A DNA stretch of 50,828 nt, taken from assembly GCA_021846265.1 (NCBI GenBank), contig JAJZCF010000003.1:1-50828 (forward strand), read 5' to 3'. Positions 20,929 to 29,824 of the stretch are shown here, piece by piece. The DNA comes from Actinomycetes bacterium (lineage in GTDB: Bacteria; Actinomycetota; Acidimicrobiia; Acidimicrobiales; Acidimicrobiaceae). The notes below the pieces were generated by a model. That model did not search any database. It saw only the letters and a list, made by a program, of their open reading frames with translations, and was not told where the DNA came from. How positions within the stretch are numbered: the stretch's first letter is position 1; each line of letters starts with the position of its first letter. Both the position numbers and the translations under genes were made by a program.

Positions 20929-21140
20929 CTCCAACCTCCAGAGACGGTGCTGTGGAATTCGTAAAGCGCCACTGCGATCCGTACCAGATGTTCAACGCGC
21001 CTGAGTACGCGGAATTCTTAGTGGCTGTCAAACGCGGTAAGAAGGTAGCATCATTAGCTAAGTATCAAAAGATTTATCCAGATTCCACCCTGGCCGAAGC
21101 CTTGTTCGCAGCGATTTTAGCCCGCCAACTCATTGCTTGA
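20919..21140 (+). CDS. hypothetical protein (possibly a gene fragment)
   Basis: 73-aa ORF with a TTG start and no recognisable motif. It is convergent with the Fic gene and followed by another short helical ORF at 21194-21313. Confidence 0.3.
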   Translation: MRSPPTSRDGAVEFVKRHCDPYQMFNAPEYAEFLVAVKRGKKVASLAKYQKIYPDSTLAEALFAAILARQLIA

Positions 21141-21327
21141 ACAGCGATACTTGGCGTCAATTCAATATCTATTGGCACCACTGAAATTGCGCTATGAGCG
21201 AGTGCCTTAGGCGGGTTTTGGCACAGATATTTTGGGAGGCGATTGAGGCGGGCACGCTCGATCCGCTCCATAAGCGAAAACGCCTCCTCGGTGTCTCTGT
21301 CAAAACTGCGTGATCTGGAGGAGATTG

Positions 21328-22812
21328 CTATAGATCTTCATCAACAATCTGGGTCCTGTCGAGCAGCAAGAGGCGCCCTGCGCTATCGGCAGCGTTAAAG
21401 GCGTTAGTCTTGCCAAGCTGGGCAGTTGCCGTGGCCAAGTCGGTGAAGTCAATACTTGCCGTGTAATCATGAGCGTATCGAAGAGCCTTTATCAAGACAC
21501 TCGGGTCGTCTTGTCGAGTCAAACGGCGCAGCCCCCCAAGGTAGTCATCCCGATAGACAATGGGAATGATGATTCTTGCCTGGCCAGCTGCCACGAGCTC
21601 AGCGTTCATCATCACTCGCGCCACTCGTCCGTTTCCGTCATCGAATGGGTGGACTTCCGAGACGAGAAACATCGTATATACCGCACGCTCCCATGCGGTA
21701 TCAAGCCCCGCCAAGCGGTCAAAACCAGCGAGCAGAGTTCCTTCTACTAGATCCGGGCGTACAAACACGGAATCGCCTGCCCGGTTTGCAATAGTCTTCA
21801 ACTCGCCAGGGTTGTTCTCCCGACGACCAGCGAGGATTATTGAATGACGATAACGGAGTAACTCTATGAACTGATTTCCCGACGTTGCCACGCTCGACAT
21901 CTCTTTCAGATCATTGACAACTTGGAAGGTGCCGATAATGTCGTGTGCATCCTGGGTTCTGCCATGCGGGATCTGGCCCTTGTACACGAGATCAGCAGCT
22001 TCATCCAACTCAAACTCAGTTCCTTCTATGTAATTGGAAAAGTACGCTTCGAAAAACGGAAGAAAGTTCCATCGGTGATCATTGGGCTCTGCTGGCCGGT
22101 TCTGGGGCAAGCTGCGCCGCAACGCCCGGACCAAAAGATCAAACATGGCGATGCGATCGGCATCATAGGGGAACCCCTTTTGCCGGGCGTCCAACGCTTT
22201 TGATCCGGTGGAAACGGTTCTAGTTCCAATAGCGGCGCCGATCAGTCCTCCCAGTCGGTCAATACCAGGGCGCGGCACATTGAGAGATCCAGCGATAACT
22301 TCGGCCTGCTCGCGATAACTGCGCAACCGCTCTTCACCGTCTATGCGGAGAAGACGATCCACCCAGTCTGCCAGTTCGTCATCTTTAAACGTACGCGAGG
22401 GGCGATTCCGCCCCGCCCTTGTGCGTAGCGTGTTCTCGGCCAAAGCACGCGCTCTCGAAGCCTGATATAGACCTCCGGGCAGAGCTACGTCCCCGGTGAG
22501 CGGCCCTGCTCCCTCGCGAGCCAACACCAGGAGACCTGGAAGCTGCGCCGCACGTGGTTTGACCGGACGGGCAAGATAAAGTACCCCGTCTACCGGGCCA
22601 CCGGCAGGGGCCGATCTGTCCGTAATAACAGCGCCCGGCATTAGGTGTCCAACAATAATTGGCCACTCTCGCGCCACCACGTCTGCCACATCGTCCACAA
22701 CCTGGGTGTACACTCCTGGAGCGATCCGAACCAGCTCTCGGCGACGAAGCTGGTCGACGATGGTCGACGATGGTCGATCTCCTGCGAACACGATCGAATT
22801 AGCCACCCTCAA
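21328..22812 (-). CDS. Fic/DOC-family protein (class II, putative AMP/NMP transferase) with an extended N-terminal region
   Basis: The canonical Fic motif HPFDDGNGRVAR is encoded at 21616-21651. The inhibitory-helix motif SNYIEG, i.e. (S/T)xxxE(G/N), is at 22021-22038. The N-terminal ELVRIAPGVY resembles AbiEi-type wHTH proteins. An alternative GTG start at 22806 has AGCGAGG upstream. Confidence 0.9.
   Translation of the reverse strand: MRVANSIVFAGDRPSSTIVDQLRRRELVRIAPGVYTQVVDDVADVVAREWPIIVGHLMPGAVITDRSAPAGGPVDGVLYLARPVKPRAAQLPGLLVLAREGAGPLTGDVALPGGLYQASRARALAENTLRTRAGRNRPSRTFKDDELADWVDRLLRIDGEERLRSYREQAEVIAGSLNVPRPGIDRLGGLIGAAIGTRTVSTGSKALDARQKGFPYDADRIAMFDLLVRALRRSLPQNRPAEPNDHRWNFLPFFEAYFSNYIEGTEFELDEAADLVYKGQIPHGRTQDAHDIIGTFQVVNDLKEMSSVATSGNQFIELLRYRHSIILAGRRENNPGELKTIANRAGDSVFVRPDLVEGTLLAGFDRLAGLDTAWERAVYTMFLVSEVHPFDDGNGRVARVMMNAELVAAGQARIIIPIVYRDDYLGGLRRLTRQDDPSVLIKALRYAHDYTASIDFTDLATATAQLGKTNAFNAADSAGRLLLLDRTQIVDEDL
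22751..22777. repeat. 10-nt tandem direct repeat (TGGTCGACGA x2 plus TGGTCGA) inside the 5' end of the Fic ORF
   Basis: Read directly from the sequence. The unit length is not a multiple of 3. Confidence 0.9.
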
Positions 22813-23249
22813 ACCTCGCTTGTTCGTACTTGTGCGGTATTTAGTATAGTATTCACCGAGGTTATGGGGTTGATAAGGGCGTCGCTTCTGAATTCGAACT
22901 TTCCTGCACTAAAGGATCGGACTTGCGCTCGCCAAGAGTACGGTCAAATAATTCCGTTGGCAATTGATTCGATCTTCGAGGCTGGCACCTGGCATGACAA
23001 CAAAGAATCAGGGCATAAGAGCTCCGGTTTGAGATGGTTGACGGCTTCGTGTGCTGTAGTAATGTCAACGTTCAGGATTTGACGTACTACTCGCTGATCA
23101 TGACTTGCAGATTCGCATCGAGAAATCGCGGCATCTCTTTCCAGGAATGCGGTCAATTTGCTTATCTGTGTCAAAAGATCTGTTCTCTCTTACAGCTTGG
23201 CAACAAATTCAGCATGCTCCAGGTGGTAGTCGGATCTTGTGTGGAACAA

Positions 23250-23860
23250 ATTCAGTGTTTAGATGGGCTTTGTCTTGGACAAGCATGTGGATATCCCATA
23301 GATTGATATCTTTTGACCTCCCTTACCTGTTGACCTCGCTTATATCCCAGTCGTGGATGACCTGAGGCAAAAGATCTTAACCAAGCGACAAATGCCTCGT
23401 CGCTTGGAGGTGGGACCTCTATTTCTAAACGCTCCATAGAGCGTGATTGACACATAACTCGACAGCCTCGTTTTTGCCAAACCCAAAAGCGCTCCCGCAG
23501 CGCCCATGGCATCCTACGGCGACGATTCGGGGTTATAAGTTTCCCAAAAGGCCCTCATCCTTGAGCATCGCATTATCCAAGGGTCAAGTCAAAGACAACC
23601 GTTTTTAGCCGACTCCTCTCTTTTTCAAGTTCTTCGAGCTTTTTGGCATCGTTGGCACACATCTTGCTGTATTGGTTCTCCCGGGGGTTACTAAGTGGTC
23701 TCGGTAATGGCGAACGTATGAGCTACCTCGCCGACCGTTGTCTCATCGCTTGAGGAGCTTGTCGCCTTCGGCAAGCTTTCTTATCACCTGTAAGGGGGTA
23801 TGCCTTTTCGACTTTATGTCCACCATTGTTCCCTAGCCAACTTTGGAGGAACATCTCACA
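23250..23860 (-). mobile_element. decayed IS3-family insertion sequence (IRL, orfA and orfB N-terminal relics)
   Basis: On the minus strand: TGTGAGATGTTCC.. end at 23860; MVDIKSKRHTPLQVIRKLAEGDKLLKR*; DETTVGEVAHTFAITETT; NDAKKLEELEKERSRLKTVVFDLT/LDNAMLKD; RGCRVMCQSRSMERL..GHPRLGYKRG (ORF 23252-23512). It is interrupted by stops and frameshifts. The lower boundary is uncertain; 22813-23250 may be further decayed IS sequence. Confidence 0.7.
23735..23860 (-). repeat. right-hand inverted copy of the 125-nt IS left-end segment
   Basis: Manual alignment to 20559-20683 gives about 10 substitutions and one 1-nt indel. Confidence 0.85.
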
Positions 23861-23867
23861 TTAAGGG

Positions 23868-23887
23868 TGGCTTAGTTATTTGAGAGC
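23868..23887 (+). repeat. 20-nt motif GCTTAGTTATTTGAGAGCCC (copy 2 of 3)
   Basis: Lies 7 nt outside the IS3 end at 23860. Confidence 0.6.
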
Positions 23888-23996
23888 CCGTCACGTCTTT
23901 ATCCTTGCTTGTTTTTTGGGAACGAACCACGATATGGAGCGGACTTAGCTTGCCCGCCAGGTCGGGTAACGTTGACATCAGAAGGCGAGGGACGAG

Positions 23997-24281
23997 ATGA
24001 TCACTGTAATAGCTAGATGGGTGGCAAATGAGGGACGCGGCAAGGAGCTCGAGACCTTATTGAGTCAGGTAGCCGAGGCAAGCAGGACGGAGAAGGGTTG
24101 CCTTAATTATCAGCCCCTTAGGCATTCAGAAAATGAGAACGCGTTTGCAATTTACGAGCAGTACGTCGACGAGGCCGCCTTTGAAGACCATCGTAATTCG
24201 AGCCATTTCCAAGAGACCGTCGTAACGAAGATCCTTCCGCTTCTGAATGAGCGCTACGTGGACGTATATCGGAATATTTGA
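23997..24281 (+). CDS. antibiotic-biosynthesis-monooxygenase (ABM) domain protein
   Basis: 94 aa; the pattern ..GC..Y......N...F...E.Y.D..A...H..S.HF is typical of YgiN/ABM ferredoxin-like fold proteins. Confidence 0.8.
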   Translation: MITVIARWVANEGRGKELETLLSQVAEASRTEKGCLNYQPLRHSENENAFAIYEQYVDEAAFEDHRNSSHFQETVVTKILPLLNERYVDVYRNI

Positions 24282-24328
24282 AATTTGTGGAGTTGCTTGG
24301 GTCCACTACCTACCGGCAACGGACGCCA

Positions 24329-25036
24329 CTAGTCCCTATGAATTGCCCTTAGTCCCGCCCAGGCTAGATCTGCGGCTCGTTTCGACCATATTTCGGCGCT
24401 AGAACCGACGAAAGGAGGTCGCTCCTCTTCGTTTAGCACTGATGGGGGATACTTTGAGAAGTAGAGCCGCATGACCGCTTCGGCAATCCCCATGATTGAA
24501 ACCGCAGCCATTTCCCTGTGTTCGGGGTCGAGATCGACGTCTATGGTCGAAGTGACGTGAGCTGCCAAGTCTTGTTCAATCTCGGCGACTAGGTCACGAA
24601 ACTCGGGATCTCGGCGCCCACCAGAGCCGAAGAGCAGCTCATAGGCGGTGGCGTTTTCATACGCGTATCTAAAGTACGCCTCCATCCCTGCGTAGAGCCG
24701 CATCTTTCCGCCCTCGGCTTCGCTGGTGCCCCGCGACAGGACCTCTTTCATTTCGAGACCGACATGACGTAGGATCGCCACGTAAAGGTGACGTTTCGAT
24801 CTAAAGTGCTGATAGATAACCGGCTTGGTGACGCCGGCTGCGATGGCTACATCCTCCATGGAAGTAGCGTGAAAGCCTCTAATAGAGAAAGTGTCGACGG
24901 CTTGACTAATTAGGAGTTTTTTTCTTTCGGCGGCGGGCATTCGGGTCGATTTTGCCGATTCGGATAACGCCTCGGAGTCCTTTTCCTTCTTAGGGTCGGC
25001 CACTTCTTGGATCTGGGTCATATTTGTCGGCGCCAC
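24329..25036 (-). CDS. TetR-family transcriptional regulator
   Basis: N-terminal HTH FHATSMEDVAIAAGVTKPVIYQHFRSKRHLY. An alternative Met start lies at 25021. Confidence 0.9.
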   Translation of the reverse strand: MAPTNMTQIQEVADPKKEKDSEALSESAKSTRMPAAERKKLLISQAVDTFSIRGFHATSMEDVAIAAGVTKPVIYQHFRSKRHLYVAILRHVGLEMKEVLSRGTSEAEGGKMRLYAGMEAYFRYAYENATAYELLFGSGGRRDPEFRDLVAEIEQDLAAHVTSTIDVDLDPEHREMAAVSIMGIAEAVMRLYFSKYPPSVLNEEERPPFVGSSAEIWSKRAADLAWAGLRAIHRD

Positions 25037-25339
25037 CAGGGGTTCTCTGTCTCAAAGGTTGAAGTTACCCCAGTGTAGCCACGCCAAAGGCAACAGAGTG
25101 TTCGGGTAGGCAACTTGGGAAAGAAATTGAACTTTACCGCAACGAAACCCGAAAAAATTAGTCCTCGGGTTTAGTTGGCTTATTTAAAAACTTGTGACCA
25201 ATCGTGCGTCGAACAGCTAGGACGCTAAGTGTGGAGATTTACGAATGATCATGACCTAACAGAGCGACATACTCACGGCAGCCGGCCAATAAAACTTCGC
25301 TTCGGTGAGGCAATAAGCTTCCTGAAAGGAAATCCTGAG

Positions 25340-25620
25340 GGGTTCTGGAAAAACTAAGCTACCAGCAATGTGAGATGTCTTTCCAAAACGTGCTGTGGAG
25401 GTGAGTCGCCACCACCCGACCGGAGATCTTGCACGGCAGGGGGCTTTACGATACTTGGTAGCTCCCCTCCGAGGGTGCCATCTTCAAGGCCCGGACGAGA
25501 CTTGACAGTGGTCCCGCTAGCACAGCTCGACTCCCAGGTGGCCAAGTTGCTCACTACTATCGGAATTACCAACGGTGGTTTCCATGGTGAATTGGATGAT
25601 GTCATCTTGCCAAATCGGTG
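25340..25620. mobile_element. possible third IS-end relic (20-nt motif copy 3 plus a TGTGAGATGTCTTTCCAAAA end)
   Basis: 25340-25359, GGGTTCTGGAAAAACTAAGC, is the reverse-orientation copy of the 20-nt motif. 25369-25390 matches the IS3 end 16/20. The 35 nt outside TGTGAG match the right copy 27/35. No intact ORF. Confidence 0.35.
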
Positions 25621-25799
25621 AAGGTATAAATTATTTTTTTGACTCCATGGCTTCTTGAACTGGAAGTTCTTTGCTGACCTTTAGGTGTAATCCAGTCGGA
25701 TTCTGTGGCCGCAGCTGGCTGACTTCACGGTTGTGCAATTAGTAACCTCTAAAGTTGCGATGCAGTGTGCGAAGCCTTCGCAGATGTTAACCTACCTAG

Positions 25800-26609
25800 A
25801 TGGGTGATTTGAATTCCTTTACATACTTGAGCAGCGATTCACTTTCTCAAGAGCTCAGTGGAGGCGTGCTCTGGCTTACTCTGATGCGACCGGACCGGAA
25901 AAATGCCCTTAACTGGGAGATGCTCTCTGGGATAATTTCGGCAATAGAGAAAGCTTCCAACGACGATTCAGTAAGAGCGATAGTCATTACTGGTGGCGTT
26001 GGCGAGAGTTTTTGCTCGGGTGTCGACCTCTCCAATATGGCGACTGGAGACGATTTTTTGGGTGCTCATAACTCTAGGGGCGGCTTGGTCCGGCTATTCA
26101 GGGCAATGTGGGAGTGTCCGAGGCCGATCGTTGCAGAGGTGGACGGGTATGCGCTCGCTGGAGGTTTTGGACTAGCCACGGCGTGCGATATCGTTATCGC
26201 TTCAGAGGAAGCCCACTTTGGTCTTCCTGAGGTCGGAGTCGGGGTATGGCCATTCATAATTTCAGTCCCCCTTCTGCGCACGGCAAATCCTCGGCTAATC
26301 CTCGAGATGATGATGACCGGGAGGCGGATTGACGCCAACGAGGCACTGACCAAGGGATTCGTAAACTTTGTTTTTCCGAGGTTATCATTGAGGGACGAAG
26401 TTAGAAGATTGACCGATAATTTGGCTACACGTTCTCTGGCGACCATGGCACTAGGGAAGAGTTCCTTTTATAACTTGCTATCTGGCGGTACACAGCTTGA
26501 GTTGAGCTACCTCCACTCGATGCTCGGACTGATAAACCAGACAGAGGACGCCAGCGAAGGTATCGATGCCTTTCTCAACAGGCGTCCGCCAGCTTGGAAA
26601 GATAGATAA
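25800..26609 (+). CDS. enoyl-CoA hydratase/isomerase family protein
   Basis: Crotonase-fold motifs FCSGVDL and GYALAGGFGLATACD. Confidence 0.9.
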   Translation: MGDLNSFTYLSSDSLSQELSGGVLWLTLMRPDRKNALNWEMLSGIISAIEKASNDDSVRAIVITGGVGESFCSGVDLSNMATGDDFLGAHNSRGGLVRLFRAMWECPRPIVAEVDGYALAGGFGLATACDIVIASEEAHFGLPEVGVGVWPFIISVPLLRTANPRLILEMMMTGRRIDANEALTKGFVNFVFPRLSLRDEVRRLTDNLATRSLATMALGKSSFYNLLSGGTQLELSYLHSMLGLINQTEDASEGIDAFLNRRPPAWKDR

Positions 26610-26656
26610 AGACGAGTTAATCTCAGTAAAGTTTCAACGGTACTAGATTGTTCACG

Positions 26657-27628
26657 ATGACAAAGACTGCACTTATCACTGGCATTACCGGGCAAGACGG
26701 ATCTTATCTAGCAGAGTTTCTCCTCGAGCAGGGGTATAACGTCGTGGGCATGGTCAGGCGGTCGTCGACATTGAACTTTGAACGCATAGCCCACATCCAG
26801 GATCAGCTCGTTTTGGTCCCTGGTGATCTGTTGGACGAAGGTTCGATGCTAACTGTTTTTAGGGATCATCGACCAGACGAGGTGTACAACTTAGCCGCTC
26901 AGTCGTTTGTCCAGACTTCGTGGGGTCAGCCGGTCCTCACTGGCGAGACGACAGCCTTAGGGGTCACTCGCTTGTTGGACGCACTTAGGGCAGTCGCCCC
27001 GGAGGCCAGGTTCTATCAGGCTTCGTCGTCAGAGATGTTTGGCAAGGTTCAAGAGGTTCCTCAGAGCGAAGACACCCCTTTCTATCCTCGCAGCCCATAT
27101 GGCGTCGCCAAAGTGTATGGGCACTGGATAACCGTTAACTACCGTGAGAGTTATGATCTCTTCGCCTGCTCTGGGATCCTTTTCAACCACGAATCGCCTC
27201 GAAGGGGCCTAGAGTTTGTCACCCGGAAGATCTCTTTTGGAGTGGCAAAGATCGTCGCCGGTCTAGCTGATCATTTGGCTCTTGGAAACTTGGACGCCCA
27301 GAGGGACTGGGGTTTTGCCGCCGACTATGTTCGGGCTATGTGGCTGATGCTCCAGCAGAACCGGCCCGAGGATTACGTGGTTGCGACCGGAGAGACTCAT
27401 TCCGTGAGAGAGTTTTGCCAACTAGCCTTCGCAACAGCAGGACTTGATTACCAGCAATACGTTCGCTTGGATCAACGCTTTGTGCGCCCAGCAGAGGTCG
27501 ATCTGTTGGTTGGGGAGCCAAAGAAGGCCGAGGATGCTCTCGGCTGGAATCGAAAGGTCGACTTCCCTAAACTCGTCCAGATGATGGTCGAAGCGGATAT
27601 CGACTTGGTTCGGAGAGGTGTGGCCTAG
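26657..27628 (+). CDS. gmd: GDP-mannose 4,6-dehydratase
   Basis: [23 protein letters not shown], catalytic SPYGVAKVY, and NHESPRRG. The ORF track begins at TTG 26648. Confidence 0.9.
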   Translation: MTKTALITGITGQDGSYLAEFLLEQGYNVVGMVRRSSTLNFERIAHIQDQLVLVPGDLLDEGSMLTVFRDHRPDEVYNLAAQSFVQTSWGQPVLTGETTALGVTRLLDALRAVAPEARFYQASSSEMFGKVQEVPQSEDTPFYPRSPYGVAKVYGHWITVNYRESYDLFACSGILFNHESPRRGLEFVTRKISFGVAKIVAGLADHLALGNLDAQRDWGFAADYVRAMWLMLQQNRPEDYVVATGETHSVREFCQLAFATAGLDYQQYVRLDQRFVRPAEVDLLVGEPKKAEDALGWNRKVDFPKLVQMMVEADIDLVRRGVA

Positions 27629-27665
27629 CATTAGGCCGGGTGATAAAGTGGGGCGACAGGTCGTT

Positions 27666-28370
27666 ATGGTGCGCGACGCAGTTGTAATGCTCGGGCACTA
27701 TCCAGTCCTGATTTCGGTCAACTTTGATGCATTCGAGGGCGAAGTCGTATACCTTTACGGCCCAAATGGATCGGGGAAGACGACGCTTTTGAGGCTCATT
27801 GCTGGGTACCTCAGCGCGGCTAAAGGTCAGGCAATGGTTTTTGGGTTGGACGCAAAAGCGGATAGGCGCGCAATTCGTCAATACGTAGGCTATTTGGGGC
27901 ACCAAGCCCACTTGTATGATGACCTTACGGCTGAGGAAAATGTTCGATTCGCCCAGCGGGCTACTAGGTCGACCGACGGTGACCCGATGAAGATTGCCAA
28001 AGATTTGGGCTTATCACCAAAGACGATGGGACTGAAGGTCCATAAGCTCTCCGCCGGGCAACGAAAAAGGGTGTCAATGGCTATCGCAACTATGAGACAC
28101 CCCCAGCTACTTCTTTTAGACGAGCCCCATGCAGCGCTTGACGAACAGGGTAAGGATCTTGTCGATCAGTTGATGAGAAGGTATGCATCCACTGGGCGGA
28201 CGGTAATCGTCGCTTCGCACGAGGTTGAGCGAGTTAAGGCTGCTTCAGACCGCGGATACCTCTGTGACCGCGGAATTTTGATTGGACCGGAGGTCAATCC
28301 AGCCAAGGGAGGCTACCGAGTTGCGCCGCAGCTAGGTGACGCTGGTGAAGTTGACGGGCTATCCCCTTGA
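27666..28370 (+). CDS. ccmA: heme exporter ATP-binding protein CcmA
   Basis: Walker A GPNGSGKTT, LSAGQRKR, LLLDEP; first gene of the ccm cluster. The ORF track begins at 27618. Confidence 0.8.
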   Translation: MVRDAVVMLGHYPVLISVNFDAFEGEVVYLYGPNGSGKTTLLRLIAGYLSAAKGQAMVFGLDAKADRRAIRQYVGYLGHQAHLYDDLTAEENVRFAQRATRSTDGDPMKIAKDLGLSPKTMGLKVHKLSAGQRKRVSMAIATMRHPQLLLLDEPHAALDEQGKDLVDQLMRRYASTGRTVIVASHEVERVKAASDRGYLCDRGILIGPEVNPAKGGYRVAPQLGDAGEVDGLSP

Positions 28371-29032
28371 TCCGTGATGCGCTGGAAATCGCCAAAAAGG
28401 ACTTGCTCATCGAAGTCCGTTCAAGGGTACTTTTGAATCAACTGCTTCCCTTCGTGGCCGTGGTGCTGATACTTTTTGGATTTGCGGTCGGAACGGAAAA
28501 TCGAACCCTTGTCGACATCTCCCCTGGGATATTTTGGGTTATCGCCTTCCTGTCGGCCCTTTTAGCAATACAGAGGTCGTTTTCCATTGAAGCTGAAAAT
28601 CAGGCCAAGGATGGCCTTTTGGCATACGGGCTAGAGCCTGGTGGAATATTCTTAGGCAAAGTCGCCTCGATCTTCTTTGAATGCGTCGTTGTAGAGGTTT
28701 TCCTGGGACTTGGAGTTGTCTTTGTCTATGGAATGCGGCTCCACTCCGTGGCGTTGCTAATTGTGTCGGCGGCGTTTGCAACTTTAGGAGTGGCCTCTGT
28801 CGGGACGCTTTTTGGTGCGCTTGCTGCGGCGACAAAGGTTAGGGAGACTCTTTTGCCCCTTCTTGTCCTGCCGAGCACCGCTCCGGTGTTGTTAGCAGTT
28901 ACAAAAGCGTGGGAAGATGGTATATCGAGCCGAATTGGGATCGGAGATCCGTGGCTCGGATTATTGGTGGTTTTTGGTTTGATCTACCTCGCCATAGGTC
29001 TGGTGAGCTTCGGGTCGGTCCTGGAGGACTGA
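28367..29032 (+). CDS. ccmB: heme exporter membrane protein CcmB
   Basis: 221-aa six-TM-like protein between ccmA and ccmC. The TTG start overlaps the ccmA stop (TTGA). Confidence 0.85.
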   Translation: MIRDALEIAKKDLLIEVRSRVLLNQLLPFVAVVLILFGFAVGTENRTLVDISPGIFWVIAFLSALLAIQRSFSIEAENQAKDGLLAYGLEPGGIFLGKVASIFFECVVVEVFLGLGVVFVYGMRLHSVALLIVSAAFATLGVASVGTLFGALAAATKVRETLLPLLVLPSTAPVLLAVTKAWEDGISSRIGIGDPWLGLLVVFGLIYLAIGLVSFGSVLED

Positions 29033-29035
29033 GAA

Positions 29036-29824
29036 TTGAAAAGCGGTAAATTTTGGGTGAGACTGTTGGCTGTAGTCGCCTTGCTAGGCGTTGCGCTGAC
29101 ATACTGGTTGGGTCTCTTTATAACTCCACCTGATGTTATACAGGGTCAGTTGGTGAGGCTCCTTTATATCCATCCGTCGGTAGCGTGGGTAGCCTATCTG
29201 GCTTATGGGGTCACCTCTGTGGGGTCGATTCTCTACCTCTGGAAGAGGACACGTTCGTTGAAGTGGGATCGTCTGGCAGCCGCTTCTGCGGAGGTGGGTG
29301 TCGTTTTTACCGCCCTGACGCTTATCACCGGATCGATTTGGGGGAGACCAACTTGGCATGTTTGGTGGACTTGGGACGCCCGACTTACGACTACGGCCCT
29401 GCTCTTTTTGCTCTACCTAGGCTATTTGGCGCTAAGGAAAGTACCTGCGCCGAGGGATAAGGTTGCTGTTCGGGCTAGTGTGGCAGGACTGGTAGCCTTC
29501 ATCGACGTGCCAATCGTCCACCAAAGTGTCGTTTGGTGGAAGACCCTTCATCAGAGCGCAACTGTCTTTAATGCCTCGCTTAGTCCAAAGGTACACGGCG
29601 AAATGGCTTGGACCATGCTGATTAGTTTTATTAGCTTTACCCTGGTCTATCTTTGGATGACGATAAAGCGCTATCAGATCGAAACGGATATAGATGAATT
29701 TGACAACCTCGAGGTTGAAGCGGCAATTGCTGAAAGACTTCGAGAAGTTGACGAATTGGTTAACTCAAAGACATCTTCTGGGACCCGAGAGGCAATCCCT
29801 AGAGACGGAGGATCAATCTCATGA
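29036..29824 (+). CDS. ccmC: heme exporter / heme-handling protein CcmC
   Basis: Trp-rich motif WGRPTWHVWWTWDARLT with flanking His residues. Confidence 0.9.
   Translation: MKSGKFWVRLLAVVALLGVALTYWLGLFITPPDVIQGQLVRLLYIHPSVAWVAYLAYGVTSVGSILYLWKRTRSLKWDRLAAASAEVGVVFTALTLITGSIWGRPTWHVWWTWDARLTTTALLFLLYLGYLALRKVPAPRDKVAVRASVAGLVAFIDVPIVHQSVVWWKTLHQSATVFNASLSPKVHGEMAWTMLISFISFTLVYLWMTIKRYQIETDIDEFDNLEVEAAIAERLREVDELVNSKTSSGTREAIPRDGGSIS

Noticed and set aside
22833-22852. TGTGCGGTATTTAGTATAGT as the missing right inverted repeat of the decayed IS3 copy
   Set aside because: Only about 8 of the first 13 positions match the TGTGAGATGTTCC end. A possible transposase catalytic-domain relic (RRSNQLPTELFD) lies very close to it, so a full-length element cannot end here. 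I treat it as a chance match.
25354-25621. Two mutually antisense 83-codon ORFs in the TetR/hydratase intergenic region
   Set aside because: Neither has an RBS or a recognisable motif, and they overlap almost completely. The region is better explained as a decayed IS end.
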